Part shown: positions 8,453-17,600 of the stretch, in pieces
Layout of the letters: every line of letters begins with the position of its first letter
Position numbering within the stretch: position 1 is the first letter of the stretch
Notes under the pieces: generated by a model
What the model saw: only the letters and a program-made list of their open reading frames with translations
Told to the model about the DNA's origin: nothing
Database searches by the model: none
Made by a program: the position numbers and the translations under genes
Source: an uncultured archaeon
GTDB taxonomy: Archaea; Asgardarchaeota; Thorarchaeia; Thorarchaeales; Thorarchaeaceae
Reading direction: 5' to 3'
Length of the DNA stretch: 18,300 bases
NCBI GenBank assembly: GCA_964590575.1
Contig: CAZPWM010000063.1
Span: 1 to 18,300, forward strand

Positions 8453-8991
8453 CCGAAACCAATGAGAGGAAAGGACCTCCAGAAGTTCTCATTGACCCTA
8501 TTGATATGTCTGAACTTGATCCTAACTTCAGAAAAGAGATCCAGAGCATGCCCAACGCTGATGAGCTATCAGCCTGTTTTGCCTGTTCAACCTGCACAGC
8601 TGCATGTCCCATTGCAAATATGTGGGAAATCAAGCCTCATCAGTTAATTCGGATGATTCTTCTTGGAATGCGTGAAAAGGTGCTTTCATCTAACGAGATT
8701 TGGCTTTGCTTAATGTGCTTTGAGTGTCAAGAGCGATGTCCTCAGCTTGTGCGTGTAACGGACGTCTTCTTTGACTGTAAGAATCTAGCCGCTGAAGAGG
8801 GCAGGATTCCAAGTAGTATTGTTGCGCTTGGGAAAGAGCTAATTGACAAAGGGCAGCTCTACATTGTCACGGCTGACTGGGAACGAGAAGATCTGGATCT
8901 TGAACCGGAGGTACCTGGGCTCTCGACAGAATCTGTGAAAAGAATTCTCAGTGAAACGCGTACTGGTCGGCTTGTCAAGGGAGGGGATTAA
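8449..8991 (+). CDS. hdrC: Heterodisulfide reductase subunit C, copy 2
   Basis: CFACSTCTAACP, PHQLIRMILLG and IWLCLMCFECQERCP motifs. ATGA overlap and Shine-Dalgarno GGAGGTG. Confidence 0.92.
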   Translation: MTETNERKGPPEVLIDPIDMSELDPNFRKEIQSMPNADELSACFACSTCTAACPIANMWEIKPHQLIRMILLGMREKVLSSNEIWLCLMCFECQERCPQLVRVTDVFFDCKNLAAEEGRIPSSIVALGKELIDKGQLYIVTADWEREDLDLEPEVPGLSTESVKRILSETRTGRLVKGGD

Positions 8992-8992
8992 A

Positions 8993-9859
8993 ATGCCCAC
9001 ATATAGTCTCTACATGGGCTGCAGTGTTCCTGCCAACTATCCCAACTATGAAGCCTCCATGCTTCTAGTGGCGGAGCGTTTAGGACTGGAATTGAAATAC
9101 TTGGAGGATGTTGCATGCTGCGGCAGTCCAAATCTGAGAGCGATGGACTATTGGGGATGGGTGATTGTGAACGCTCGCACATTAGCAGTCGCTGACAAAC
9201 TTGGACATGACACTGTGACCCCCTGTAATGGTTGCTTTGGTAGTCTAAAAGATGTATATCATCTTCTCAAACATGACACTAAGTACAGGGAACGAGTCAA
9301 TGCAGAGCTTGAACAAGACAATCTCGAGTTTACAGGTATAAGTAGACCACGTCATTTCATAGAAATCTTGCACACTGATGTAGGTGTTGATACGATACGA
9401 AAGAAGATCACAAAACCTCTCGATGGTGTTGGTATAGCTATTCACTATGGCTGTCATCTTCTTCGACCAAATGATGTGACTGACTTTTCTCCTATGATTC
9501 TAGATGAACTCGTAGAAGTCACAGGAGCAAAGGTCATCGAGTACCCTCTATGGAAGCAGTGTTGCGGTGCCACTGTGCTCCCTGTTGACGAGGATTTGGC
9601 AATAAGACTCGCTCATGACAAGCTAAAATCAATGAAGGAGGCTGGGGCCATCTTTGCTCTAGTTGTTTGTCCTGCATGTTGTAACCAACTTGACCTGCAA
9701 CAACTTGGCATGAAAGAGTCCTATGGAGAAGAGTTCCATCTCCCAGTCTTATTCTATCCACAGATACTTGGGCTGGCAATGGGGCTTGATGAGAACGAGG
9801 TTGGTCTTGGAATGAACAGAGTCCCTGCTGCACCTATCCTTCAACACATCTCCGAATAG
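8993..9859 (+). CDS. hdrB: Heterodisulfide reductase subunit B, copy 2
   Basis: YMGC, CCGSP, PCNGC, HYGCHLLRP, CCGAT and CPAC motifs. ATG 8993 lies just after the hdrC stop, preceded by GGAGGGG. Confidence 0.92.
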   Translation: MPTYSLYMGCSVPANYPNYEASMLLVAERLGLELKYLEDVACCGSPNLRAMDYWGWVIVNARTLAVADKLGHDTVTPCNGCFGSLKDVYHLLKHDTKYRERVNAELEQDNLEFTGISRPRHFIEILHTDVGVDTIRKKITKPLDGVGIAIHYGCHLLRPNDVTDFSPMILDELVEVTGAKVIEYPLWKQCCGATVLPVDEDLAIRLAHDKLKSMKEAGAIFALVVCPACCNQLDLQQLGMKESYGEEFHLPVLFYPQILGLAMGLDENEVGLGMNRVPAAPILQHISE

Positions 9860-9898
9860 CCGTCTTCTTGTTCCCTTAGCATTGTTTAGGACATACAG

Positions 9899-9906
9899 CT
9901 TATAAC
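9899..9906 (+). promoter_or_regulatory. Possible internal TATA box for etfBA
   Basis: CTTATAAC in the only sizeable (~100 nt) gap of the cluster, about 60 nt upstream of the etfB start. Confidence 0.4.
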
Positions 9907-9962
9907 GGGGACACTCTTCCGAAACTGATGCAACTAGACCATTGGATGTGAACAATCTGACA

Positions 9963-10751
9963 TTGAAGATCATCGTTCCTGTAAAGCAAGTTCCTGAAGT
10001 TGCTGAGGTTAAAGTCAACGAAGAAACTGGCACACTCATTCGAGAGGGTGTACCTAGTATATTGAATCCCTTCGATGAATACGCGGTTGAAGAGGCAATA
10101 AAACTACGAGAAAAGTACGGTGGTGAGGTGACCATCATTACCATGGGCCCACCACAAGCGAAAGAAGCATTGCTCAAGGCTTTAGCTATGGGTGGTGACA
10201 GAGCCATCCACATGACCGACCGTGCCTTTGCTGGAGCAGACACATGGGTCACAGCACTTACACTTGCTGAGCAAATCAAGAAGATGAAGTTTGACATCGT
10301 AATCTGTGGTAAACAAGCCATTGACGGTGACACAGCTCAGGTTGGTCCAGAGATGGCTGAGATACTAAGCATCCCGCAGATATGCTATGTCCGCCATCTC
10401 GAACTGAGCGAGGATGAGAAGTTCGTTATCGCGCACAGGGAGACCGATGACGGATATGATATTGTGAGGGCAAAAATGCCAGTTCTACTCACTGCAACAA
10501 AAGGACTGAACGAACCTCGACTGCCGAACATTATGGGTATAATGCAGGCAAAGAAGAAACCATTCGAAGAGGTCAATGCAGAGACCCTTGGTTTTGATGT
10601 TGACAAACTAGGGCTCAAGGGCTCGCCGACACAGGTGAGAAGAGTCTTTCCCCCTGAAAAGAAAAAGGGGGGAATCAAGATAGAGGCTGAAGACCCAAAG
10701 GCAGCAGCAAAGGAGCTTGTTGAATTTCTCGCGAAGAAGGGGGCTATCTAA
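9963..10751 (+). CDS. etfB: Electron transfer flavoprotein beta subunit, bifurcating-type motifs
   Basis: TTG 9963 gives the canonical MKIIVPVKQVP N-terminus. Also NPFDEYAVEEA, FAGADT, CGKQAIDGDTAQVGP, NEPR and GLKGSPTQV. Confidence 0.95.
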   Translation: MKIIVPVKQVPEVAEVKVNEETGTLIREGVPSILNPFDEYAVEEAIKLREKYGGEVTIITMGPPQAKEALLKALAMGGDRAIHMTDRAFAGADTWVTALTLAEQIKKMKFDIVICGKQAIDGDTAQVGPEMAEILSIPQICYVRHLELSEDEKFVIAHRETDDGYDIVRAKMPVLLTATKGLNEPRLPNIMGIMQAKKKPFEEVNAETLGFDVDKLGLKGSPTQVRRVFPPEKKKGGIKIEAEDPKAAAKELVEFLAKKGAI

Positions 10752-10752
10752 A

Positions 10753-11952
10753 ATGACCCTTCATTATGATAGAGATGCATGCACTGGTTGTATGCTTTGT
10801 CCAAAGGTCTGTAACTTCGGAGCCATCGAGAAGGATGGTGACAAAGTCGTATTTGACATGGATAAATGTGTGCTATGTGGGTCCTGCGAAGAAGTCTGTC
10901 CTGACAATGCTATCAAAATCGATAGGCAGACTGTCGACAAAGAAGCCATTGCCCAGTACAAGGATGTCTGGGTCTGGTGTGAGACCAGTGAAGGACGTCT
11001 AAGGGGTGTTGCTCTAGAACTCGTCACAAAAGGTCGGGAACTGGCTGACCAACTAGGTGAGAAGTTAGTCGCAGTACTGATTGGTCACGGGATCGAGTTT
11101 CATGCAGAAACCCTTGTTCAACATGGTGCAGACAAAGTCCTCGTCGTTGACGAGAAGATATTCGAGCATTACACAACCGATGCTTACACTATTGCAATGA
11201 ACACACTGATTGCTCCTCGAAAACCTGCAATTGTTCTTTACGGAGCTACAAGCAATGGTCGTGACCTTGCACCTCGTATTGCCGCGAGAATGGCACTAGG
11301 GCTTACCGCAGACTGCACAGGTCTTGATATCGATGATGAACGCCAGATTGTTCAGACTAGACCTGCGTTTGGTGGTAACATCATGGCCGAGATCATCTCG
11401 CCCTACACCCGTCCACAGATGGCTACGGTACGACCCAACGTGTTCAAGCCCGGAGAGCCGGACACCTCCCGTACTGGTGATATTCAGAAGATTGAGCTGA
11501 CCGTCAGCCCTGTTCAGATCAGGACAAGAGTCTTGGAAACTGTCAATGAAACTGTTGAGGGAATGAGATCCGTCGAAGAGGCCGATGTCATTGTCTGTAG
11601 CGGTCGAGGAATCAAGGACCCATCTAACCTCGAACTTCCGAAACAACTTGCGACTCTGCTTGACGCAGCTGTTGGTGGATCACGCCCTATAGTTGACTTG
11701 GGTTGGCTTCCACCTTCACAGCAAGTCGGTCAGTCAGGCAGGACAGTCTGTCCGAAGCTCTACATTGCGCTCGGAATCTCGGGAGCTATTCAACATTTAG
11801 CTGGAATGAGTAGTAGTGACATAGTAGTCGCAATTAACAAAGATCCAGAAGCTCCCATTTTTTCGATTGCTGATTTTGGTATAGTTGGTGATATCTTCGC
11901 AGTTCTACCTGAAGTCATTGAAGCTGTGAAGGAGCTCCAAGCGAAGAGATAG
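10753..11952 (+). CDS. etfA: Electron transfer flavoprotein alpha subunit with N-terminal 2x[4Fe-4S] ferredoxin
   Basis: CTGCMLCPKVC and CVLCGSCEEVCP at the N-terminus, then GRDLAPR, GLTADC, TRPAFGGN, PQMATVRP, QVGQSG, GISGAIQH and AINKD. ATG 10753 follows the etfB stop. Confidence 0.95.
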   Translation: MTLHYDRDACTGCMLCPKVCNFGAIEKDGDKVVFDMDKCVLCGSCEEVCPDNAIKIDRQTVDKEAIAQYKDVWVWCETSEGRLRGVALELVTKGRELADQLGEKLVAVLIGHGIEFHAETLVQHGADKVLVVDEKIFEHYTTDAYTIAMNTLIAPRKPAIVLYGATSNGRDLAPRIAARMALGLTADCTGLDIDDERQIVQTRPAFGGNIMAEIISPYTRPQMATVRPNVFKPGEPDTSRTGDIQKIELTVSPVQIRTRVLETVNETVEGMRSVEEADVIVCSGRGIKDPSNLELPKQLATLLDAAVGGSRPIVDLGWLPPSQQVGQSGRTVCPKLYIALGISGAIQHLAGMSSSDIVVAINKDPEAPIFSIADFGIVGDIFAVLPEVIEAVKELQAKR

Positions 11953-11982
11953 AGGAATTCCCTCTATCTTCAATTCTTTTTT
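11947..11982 (+). terminator. Putative terminator of the hdr/etf cluster
   Basis: Perfect 9-bp hairpin AGATAGAGG-AATTC-CCTCTATCT overlapping the etfA TAG, followed by TCAATTCTTTTTT. Confidence 0.6.
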
Positions 11983-12057
11983 CAATTCCATGACCAGTAT
12001 AGCCGTTCTAAACTCTAGATTGATATCAAATTTCATTGAACTATTTACCAGGCTGCA

Positions 12058-13932
12058 ATGATGAAGAAACGAGATATGCAGGAACGCCCCGGTCTAGGAC
12101 GACGTTTATGCTGCATTGCAATTGTTGGAATTGTGCTCGCAATGGGATTTGGAATGGTCATTGACACAGTGGTACCAGATGGTCTTGGTGATGACTTGGT
12201 TGTTACAGAAACTGTGGTCGACGGGACTGTGGGTTCTTCTATCGCGCTTTCAAGAGGTAAGTCATATACTGATCTAGTACTCCTAAATGACTCCAGCTTC
12301 AGTCGCGAGGCCGGTTGGAAAATGGATTTCCACTCACTTAACGAATATGCTCCAAGAGTAGAACGATTGTCCACAGAATCCGGAATTCAACTTGATTTCT
12401 CCAATGTTTTTGTTTCCTACTATTATGAAACAAACTTCAATCTTCGTGACTATGAGAGTGTCACGGTCTCTCTAGACGTAAAGGTATTGAGAGGTCCCAT
12501 TGAACTATCTCTTTATCTGGATGTCTTCAACTTTTTCTCAACACCCCAATTCCTTGGTTATAGTGATAGAAATTCCTTTACACTTACTACTGGCGAGTCG
12601 ACTAGTGTGGATGTTGAGGTAGACACGAATGCATTGTATGCGATGTGGAGTCCAATCTGGCTTGCCCAATCCTTTGTAGGAATTGAGATGTATCCAATCA
12701 GTTCCAATTGGTATGAAAGGGAGGACGCCCTCTTAGAAGCCTCTCTGCTTATTGAAAATGTAACAATCTCAGCCACTTCTACTACTCCCCTCTCTCCATT
12801 GAATGTTGATATTCAGGACACTCAGGGCTCTAGCGTCTACGAATCTGGTGTGAACCTGAATCTAATGGAGTGGCCAGCAGTCAACCTCACGTCCAATGAG
12901 GTCCCAAGCAAATGGGGCATTTTCATACCTTGGAGATCGAATGACACAATATATGTTCCTGTGGGAAATTATTCTGGAATTGCTGGATTCTACAGCTACA
13001 ATTATTCAAATGATACATTCACCGCATCCTTTGAGGTACTTCCCAATACAACCCTCTTGTTAGGCTTGAGGTTCGAAATGGTCCGAGTAAATCTATCGGT
13101 ATCACAAGCTGTTCCATACTTGAGAATTTTTCTTTGGTATTCAGATTACTACTTTGGAGACTATAGGTTTGAGGTTGCTCCTCCCTTTCCTGCCACATTC
13201 TTTATCCCAAAACGACTTGGGACTCTATACATCTCCATTCATACACCTCCCCGAGTGGAGGCTACAAATCTCGCATATAGAATGAGTATTCAGGTGTCCG
13301 ATCCGGTGAACATTGACATACAGCTTCGTATCCCCCTGTTTCCTTTTTTTGGTATTATGCTTTCGACAGGTGAGGTTCTCTTGATCATCCTGGGCTTAGC
13401 ATTGCTAATGGGTGCTATACTAAGCCCTCAAAAACCCAACGCTCAGAAACATTGGAGACAGGTCCTTAAAGATCCACGCTTTTGGCCTGCATTTCTCGTT
13501 GGAGTCAGCGCTCTTGTTCCTTGGTTTATCTCATTCTCCTCACTGCGGCAATTAACATGGAGCATAGGCGAACCCATTATTATCCATAGAAGCCTGTATA
13601 TACCCTTTGCATTGGGTCTTGACACCACAACTCATTCCCTCGCTGCTATTGTGGTTAGTCCATATTTACTTGTAGATATCCCATTTAGAATCATCTTCCT
13701 CTGGTTGCCTTTAAGATGGGCGTTTGGATATGTTGGAAGTCTAAAAAGGTGGAAATTCAATTTCTATTATACAATTTGCATTAGCTTTCCACTCCTCAAT
13801 GGGGTTTTGTTTTACCTTTACACTCCGATGCCTCTTACAATTTCAATAGGGTTCATCCTTGTGATGGCGGCTCCGATTCTCTGGGGTTTCGAGCTATTGA
13901 TATACCGAGTGCTCAAGAGAAATAAAAAGTGA
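12058..13932 (+). CDS. Hypothetical membrane protein: N-terminal TM/signal anchor, ~400-aa extracellular beta-rich domain, ~5-6 C-terminal TM helices
   Basis: 624-aa ORF. Basic N-terminus then a hydrophobic helix, many N-x-S/T sequons (NDS, NVT, NLT, NDT, NYS, NTT, NLS), hydrophobic C-terminal third ending KRNKK. Exact start (12058/12061/12076) is uncertain. Confidence 0.8.
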   Translation: MMKKRDMQERPGLGRRLCCIAIVGIVLAMGFGMVIDTVVPDGLGDDLVVTETVVDGTVGSSIALSRGKSYTDLVLLNDSSFSREAGWKMDFHSLNEYAPRVERLSTESGIQLDFSNVFVSYYYETNFNLRDYESVTVSLDVKVLRGPIELSLYLDVFNFFSTPQFLGYSDRNSFTLTTGESTSVDVEVDTNALYAMWSPIWLAQSFVGIEMYPISSNWYEREDALLEASLLIENVTISATSTTPLSPLNVDIQDTQGSSVYESGVNLNLMEWPAVNLTSNEVPSKWGIFIPWRSNDTIYVPVGNYSGIAGFYSYNYSNDTFTASFEVLPNTTLLLGLRFEMVRVNLSVSQAVPYLRIFLWYSDYYFGDYRFEVAPPFPATFFIPKRLGTLYISIHTPPRVEATNLAYRMSIQVSDPVNIDIQLRIPLFPFFGIMLSTGEVLLIILGLALLMGAILSPQKPNAQKHWRQVLKDPRFWPAFLVGVSALVPWFISFSSLRQLTWSIGEPIIIHRSLYIPFALGLDTTTHSLAAIVVSPYLLVDIPFRIIFLWLPLRWAFGYVGSLKRWKFNFYYTICISFPLLNGVLFYLYTPMPLTISIGFILVMAAPILWGFELLIYRVLKRNKK

Positions 13933-13942
13933 GGTAGTGGGA

Positions 13943-14398
13943 ATGGCATCATTTCTCAGAAGAACGAAAAGTCTACCAATTGTGTTCCAGCTAGGTGAGA
14001 CCACATGGAAAGTCTTTATGGTCTTGCTAAGCATCCGGAGGTCCATTGGACCAAGAGAACTCTCGAAGAGGTTGAACCTAAGCAGTCCCAGTGTAGGTCT
14101 CTACCATCTTAACAAGCTCACAGAACATAATTTGATCCTAAAGACAATAGATGGTGACTATATAGTAAACCCGGACGCAGACCTAGGCTTTCTTGAGAAC
14201 TACCTCTTCTTTGAACACGGTGCCATTCCAAGAATGACCTTCTATGCATCCTTTGTCACTGGGCTTCTTATCATCTATCTAGTGACAACACCCCCCGATT
14301 TTGGGGCACACAATGTGTTTGCACTAGCTATAGGAATGTCTGCGTCAGCATTTCTTTGGATGGAGGTTTCTCGACACTACAGTGCTATGGCAGAATAG
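13943..14398 (+). CDS. Membrane-anchored winged helix-turn-helix transcription regulator (ArsR-like HTH plus two C-terminal TM helices)
   Basis: TTWKVFMVLL..IGPRELSKRLNLSSPSVGLYHLNKL..LILKT.DGDY is a wHTH pattern, followed by PRMTFYASFVTGLLIIYLV and VFALAIGMSASAFLW TM segments. Shine-Dalgarno GAGGT at 13931; start is ATG 13943 or GTG 13937. Confidence 0.8.
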   Translation: MASFLRRTKSLPIVFQLGETTWKVFMVLLSIRRSIGPRELSKRLNLSSPSVGLYHLNKLTEHNLILKTIDGDYIVNPDADLGFLENYLFFEHGAIPRMTFYASFVTGLLIIYLVTTPPDFGAHNVFALAIGMSASAFLWMEVSRHYSAMAE

Positions 14399-14429
14399 GT
14401 GCTACTCTAGAATTAAGAAGATCCAGGCT

Positions 14430-14468
14430 GAGAGATAGAGGTCATTCCTCTCTTCTCCTTAGTTTTAT
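14430..14468 (+). terminator. Putative terminator after the HTH gene
   Basis: Imperfect hairpin GAGAGATAGAGG-TCATT-CCTCTCTTCTC followed by CTTAGTTTTAT. Confidence 0.4.
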
Positions 14469-14596
14469 TCAACACCTACTTTATTAGCTCTGCGCCGAAT
14501 TAAGCTGAGAAAATGTAGTGAATGTATACGATTTGAAATCCTTTTGAACTACGTTATGAATTTGATAGCGTAGATTTATTACAAATTACCTCTTAA

Positions 14597-14634
14597 TTAT
14601 ATAATCAGTACTTTAGGAAATAAAAACTCCTAAA
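14597..14634 (+). promoter_or_regulatory. TATA box plus adjacent inverted repeat upstream of the surface-protein gene
   Basis: TTATATAA at 14597-14604, TTTAGGA-N9-TCCTAAA at 14612-14634, Shine-Dalgarno GGAGGA at 14647-14652. Confidence 0.45.
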
Positions 14635-14654
14635 CGCGCGAGAATTGGAGGAGA

Positions 14655-17600
14655 GTGGTTCCCATAAAGAAGAAATTCTCTCTTTTTATAATATCTTTTT
14701 CATTAATTTTCATGTTAGGGAATTTCATGTGTACTCTTCCGACTGTACGCATGAATCTCGGAGAACCTCCACAGATTTTGCCTGATCAACAGACAATACC
14801 AGTGGATAATAATGGAATGAGCGATCCGCTGTCTAAGCAGACAGATGAAGCTCAGAAACAGGGCAAGCAATTCAAAGAATGTGAGATTGATCCGACAGTA
14901 GGATCCTTCGCATATATTCAGACAGAAATCAGTTTCAATTGGATCGACGCAACTAGCGGAACATGGAACGATTTGAGCGAAGATGAATACATAGCCATAG
15001 ATCTACCATTTATTTTTCCGTTCTATGGTGAGAGCTTCTCAACTGTCTATGTTTCAAGAAATGGCTGGATGTCATTCTACAACACAGAACCATCTTCGCC
15101 ATGGGTGTGGATGGGATCTTCCGATGAAGGGTCTTGGTACGCAGTAGCGCCTTATGCTACACCTATCTCTTTCCTGGATGGCACTCCCGGAGTCTACAAC
15201 CTTTCGTTGACTTCACCAAATTGCGTTGTTATCGAGTACAACAATGTGTATTATCAATCGTATGATCTAGTTGGCACCTTTCAGACAATATTATACGAGA
15301 ATGGGACCATTGACTTCAACTATGATTTGGTAGAGAATATCTATGACATGACTTATTCTACAGGTCTCAACCATGGAGCAATCTCTGACAATTATGTAGA
15401 CCACACTTTTGGATCATTCCCCATTGATGACGTGACTCTACGTTTTACGCCACCTGAAAAATGGATATTCATCACTTCACCAGATTTGACTGACTCTTCA
15501 AACTATCCACTGACTTGGATCGGGCATTCCGATGTGGCTATTGATATGTACCACATCTTTGTAGATTCTACTTTTTATGACAATACGACTTTGGACCACC
15601 TTGATTTAACAGGACTTGCGAGCGGTATGCGATATATTGAGGTCTACATGGAAACAGATTCGTTCAATTACACAATCGGTATGACACTTGTTGTAGATTT
15701 AGATGCGCCAATTATATCAATAGATTTTCCACTCAATGGTGGGACTAACAGAGAGGCGAAGGTCAACTGGACCGCATACGACATGAGCTCATGGATAGCA
15801 TACGTTGAAGTCTATGTTAATGGTAGCCTTTACAGGACGATAAATTACTTTGAGATGTATCTCGTTGTTCCCAACCTACATCATTATAATATCTCGGTCT
15901 TTGCTTATGACGCTGTTGGCCACTCAGCTTCAGATACTGTCACATTCTTCTACAACCGTAGTGTAACAGCAGTAGGCTTTGTTACCACTCACTATGAGCA
16001 GCTGCCTTATGAAGTTGTGAATCTGTACACGGACTTAGGTTGGGTTGCAGATGAGGTGTCAGATAGTCTTACATACGAAGGCGATCTTTCAGTCTATAAT
16101 CGCCTATCTACCTACGACGCAGTTTTTGTCGGTGCTTGGGGGAATACCTGGTCCTCCGAAGACGTTGACACACTTAATTCATACCTTGCTGGAGGTGGCA
16201 AATTCATACTCTTTGATGCTGGTGGAATTCCTGAAGGTCTTGCTGCCGTTATGTCTGGCTTAGGGATTGGAATTGAGGACATCATGTTTTCAGCGCAAAA
16301 CTACACAACAGATTTTGTCACCGAACACCCATTGATGACTGGCGTCACGCAACTATATTACGATTGGCTTTACAGTGGTCTTACTACAACTTTCCCAGCA
16401 GCAGAGCTGATACACACCCGTGATGGTGATTATGTGATTGGGGCTGTTGTAGACCTGGGTCTAGAGAAAGTGCTTTGTTTGAGCCAATGCTTCAGTTGGG
16501 GTATTACTCAAGCTAATAATTCGATTCTGTTCGAGAACATAATTACTAACTGGGTGGGGGTTGAAGACCACGATCTGCGAGCAGGATTGGGTGTTCCAGG
16601 TGCTTTGGGAACTGGCCAGACGGTGAATCTAACTGCGTATGTTCTGAACCAAGGAAACAACACTGAATCCGGATTCAGTGTTGAATTATGGGTCGATGGA
16701 GTGCTGGAGGATTCACTTGTAGTAGCCTCTTTGGACCCTGGAGATTGGACCTCCTTTGAAGTCAGCTACGCTGTGACAACGACTGGTCCTATAAATATCA
16801 CAGTATATGTAGAGCCAGTAGTAGGCGAAACAGTCACTTACAACAATGTGGAAACGAAAATTCTTGATGTATATAATCTGATTATAACTGAACCTGCGCC
16901 TGATCAGCTAGTGAGAGGCGGACTCGTGTATATCAACTTTACAGCTTCCGTCATGCAGAATCTTGTCAATATCACTGTCTTCGTTAACGCAGTGGAAGTG
17001 TACAAGTTAACCACTGTTGGTCTTGATGCCTTCGCTAATGGTGTGTTTGTGCCGGTCTTCACTAATGGGACAAATATGATATCTCTCGTTGGCGAATGGG
17101 CGAATGGCGCAAGCGCAACTGCAACAGTATCGGTCGAGTCGTATGGAGTCGTGCCCATTGTTGATCCATCACCAGGGGACTTTGCAAACTTTCTGGTTGA
17201 TGCCCCAGGGTATCTGGTAGAGATGATTAATTTCACAATCCTCGAGTGGCTGTCTCCGTTTGAAGTGAACTCTACATTCTACGTGAACGTCACTCAAGCA
17301 GGATTTCCATCACAGGCCTTTGAGACATGGGTGGTCTTCAACGTACTGAATGGGTATATACCAGAAACGGGTCCTGATTTGCCGCCTGGAATGTTCCTTC
17401 CGCATATGCAGTTCCTCTTCTTCACAGGTCTATCAGCACCTGAACCAGCGCCAGTCTCAACATCGATTGACTTGGGTTGTGCTCCAGCCGCCTCGATTGG
17501 CGACATAATGTGTTTCATGCAGTGGAACAGCATGATGCCCGTGATAAGGAGTGGAAGCTGGAATGGATATGCCACGCATGTTGTGGGGGCTGACATGGGA

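Noticed and set aside
853-9859. Evidence for methanogenesis
   Set aside because: HdrABC/MvhD are widespread in non-methanogens, and no mcr or mtr genes are present here.
9749-10333. 194-aa antisense ORF and the many other 60-117-aa overlapping ORFs
   Set aside because: They lie opposite or within well-supported genes and have no recognisable motifs; they are shadow ORFs.
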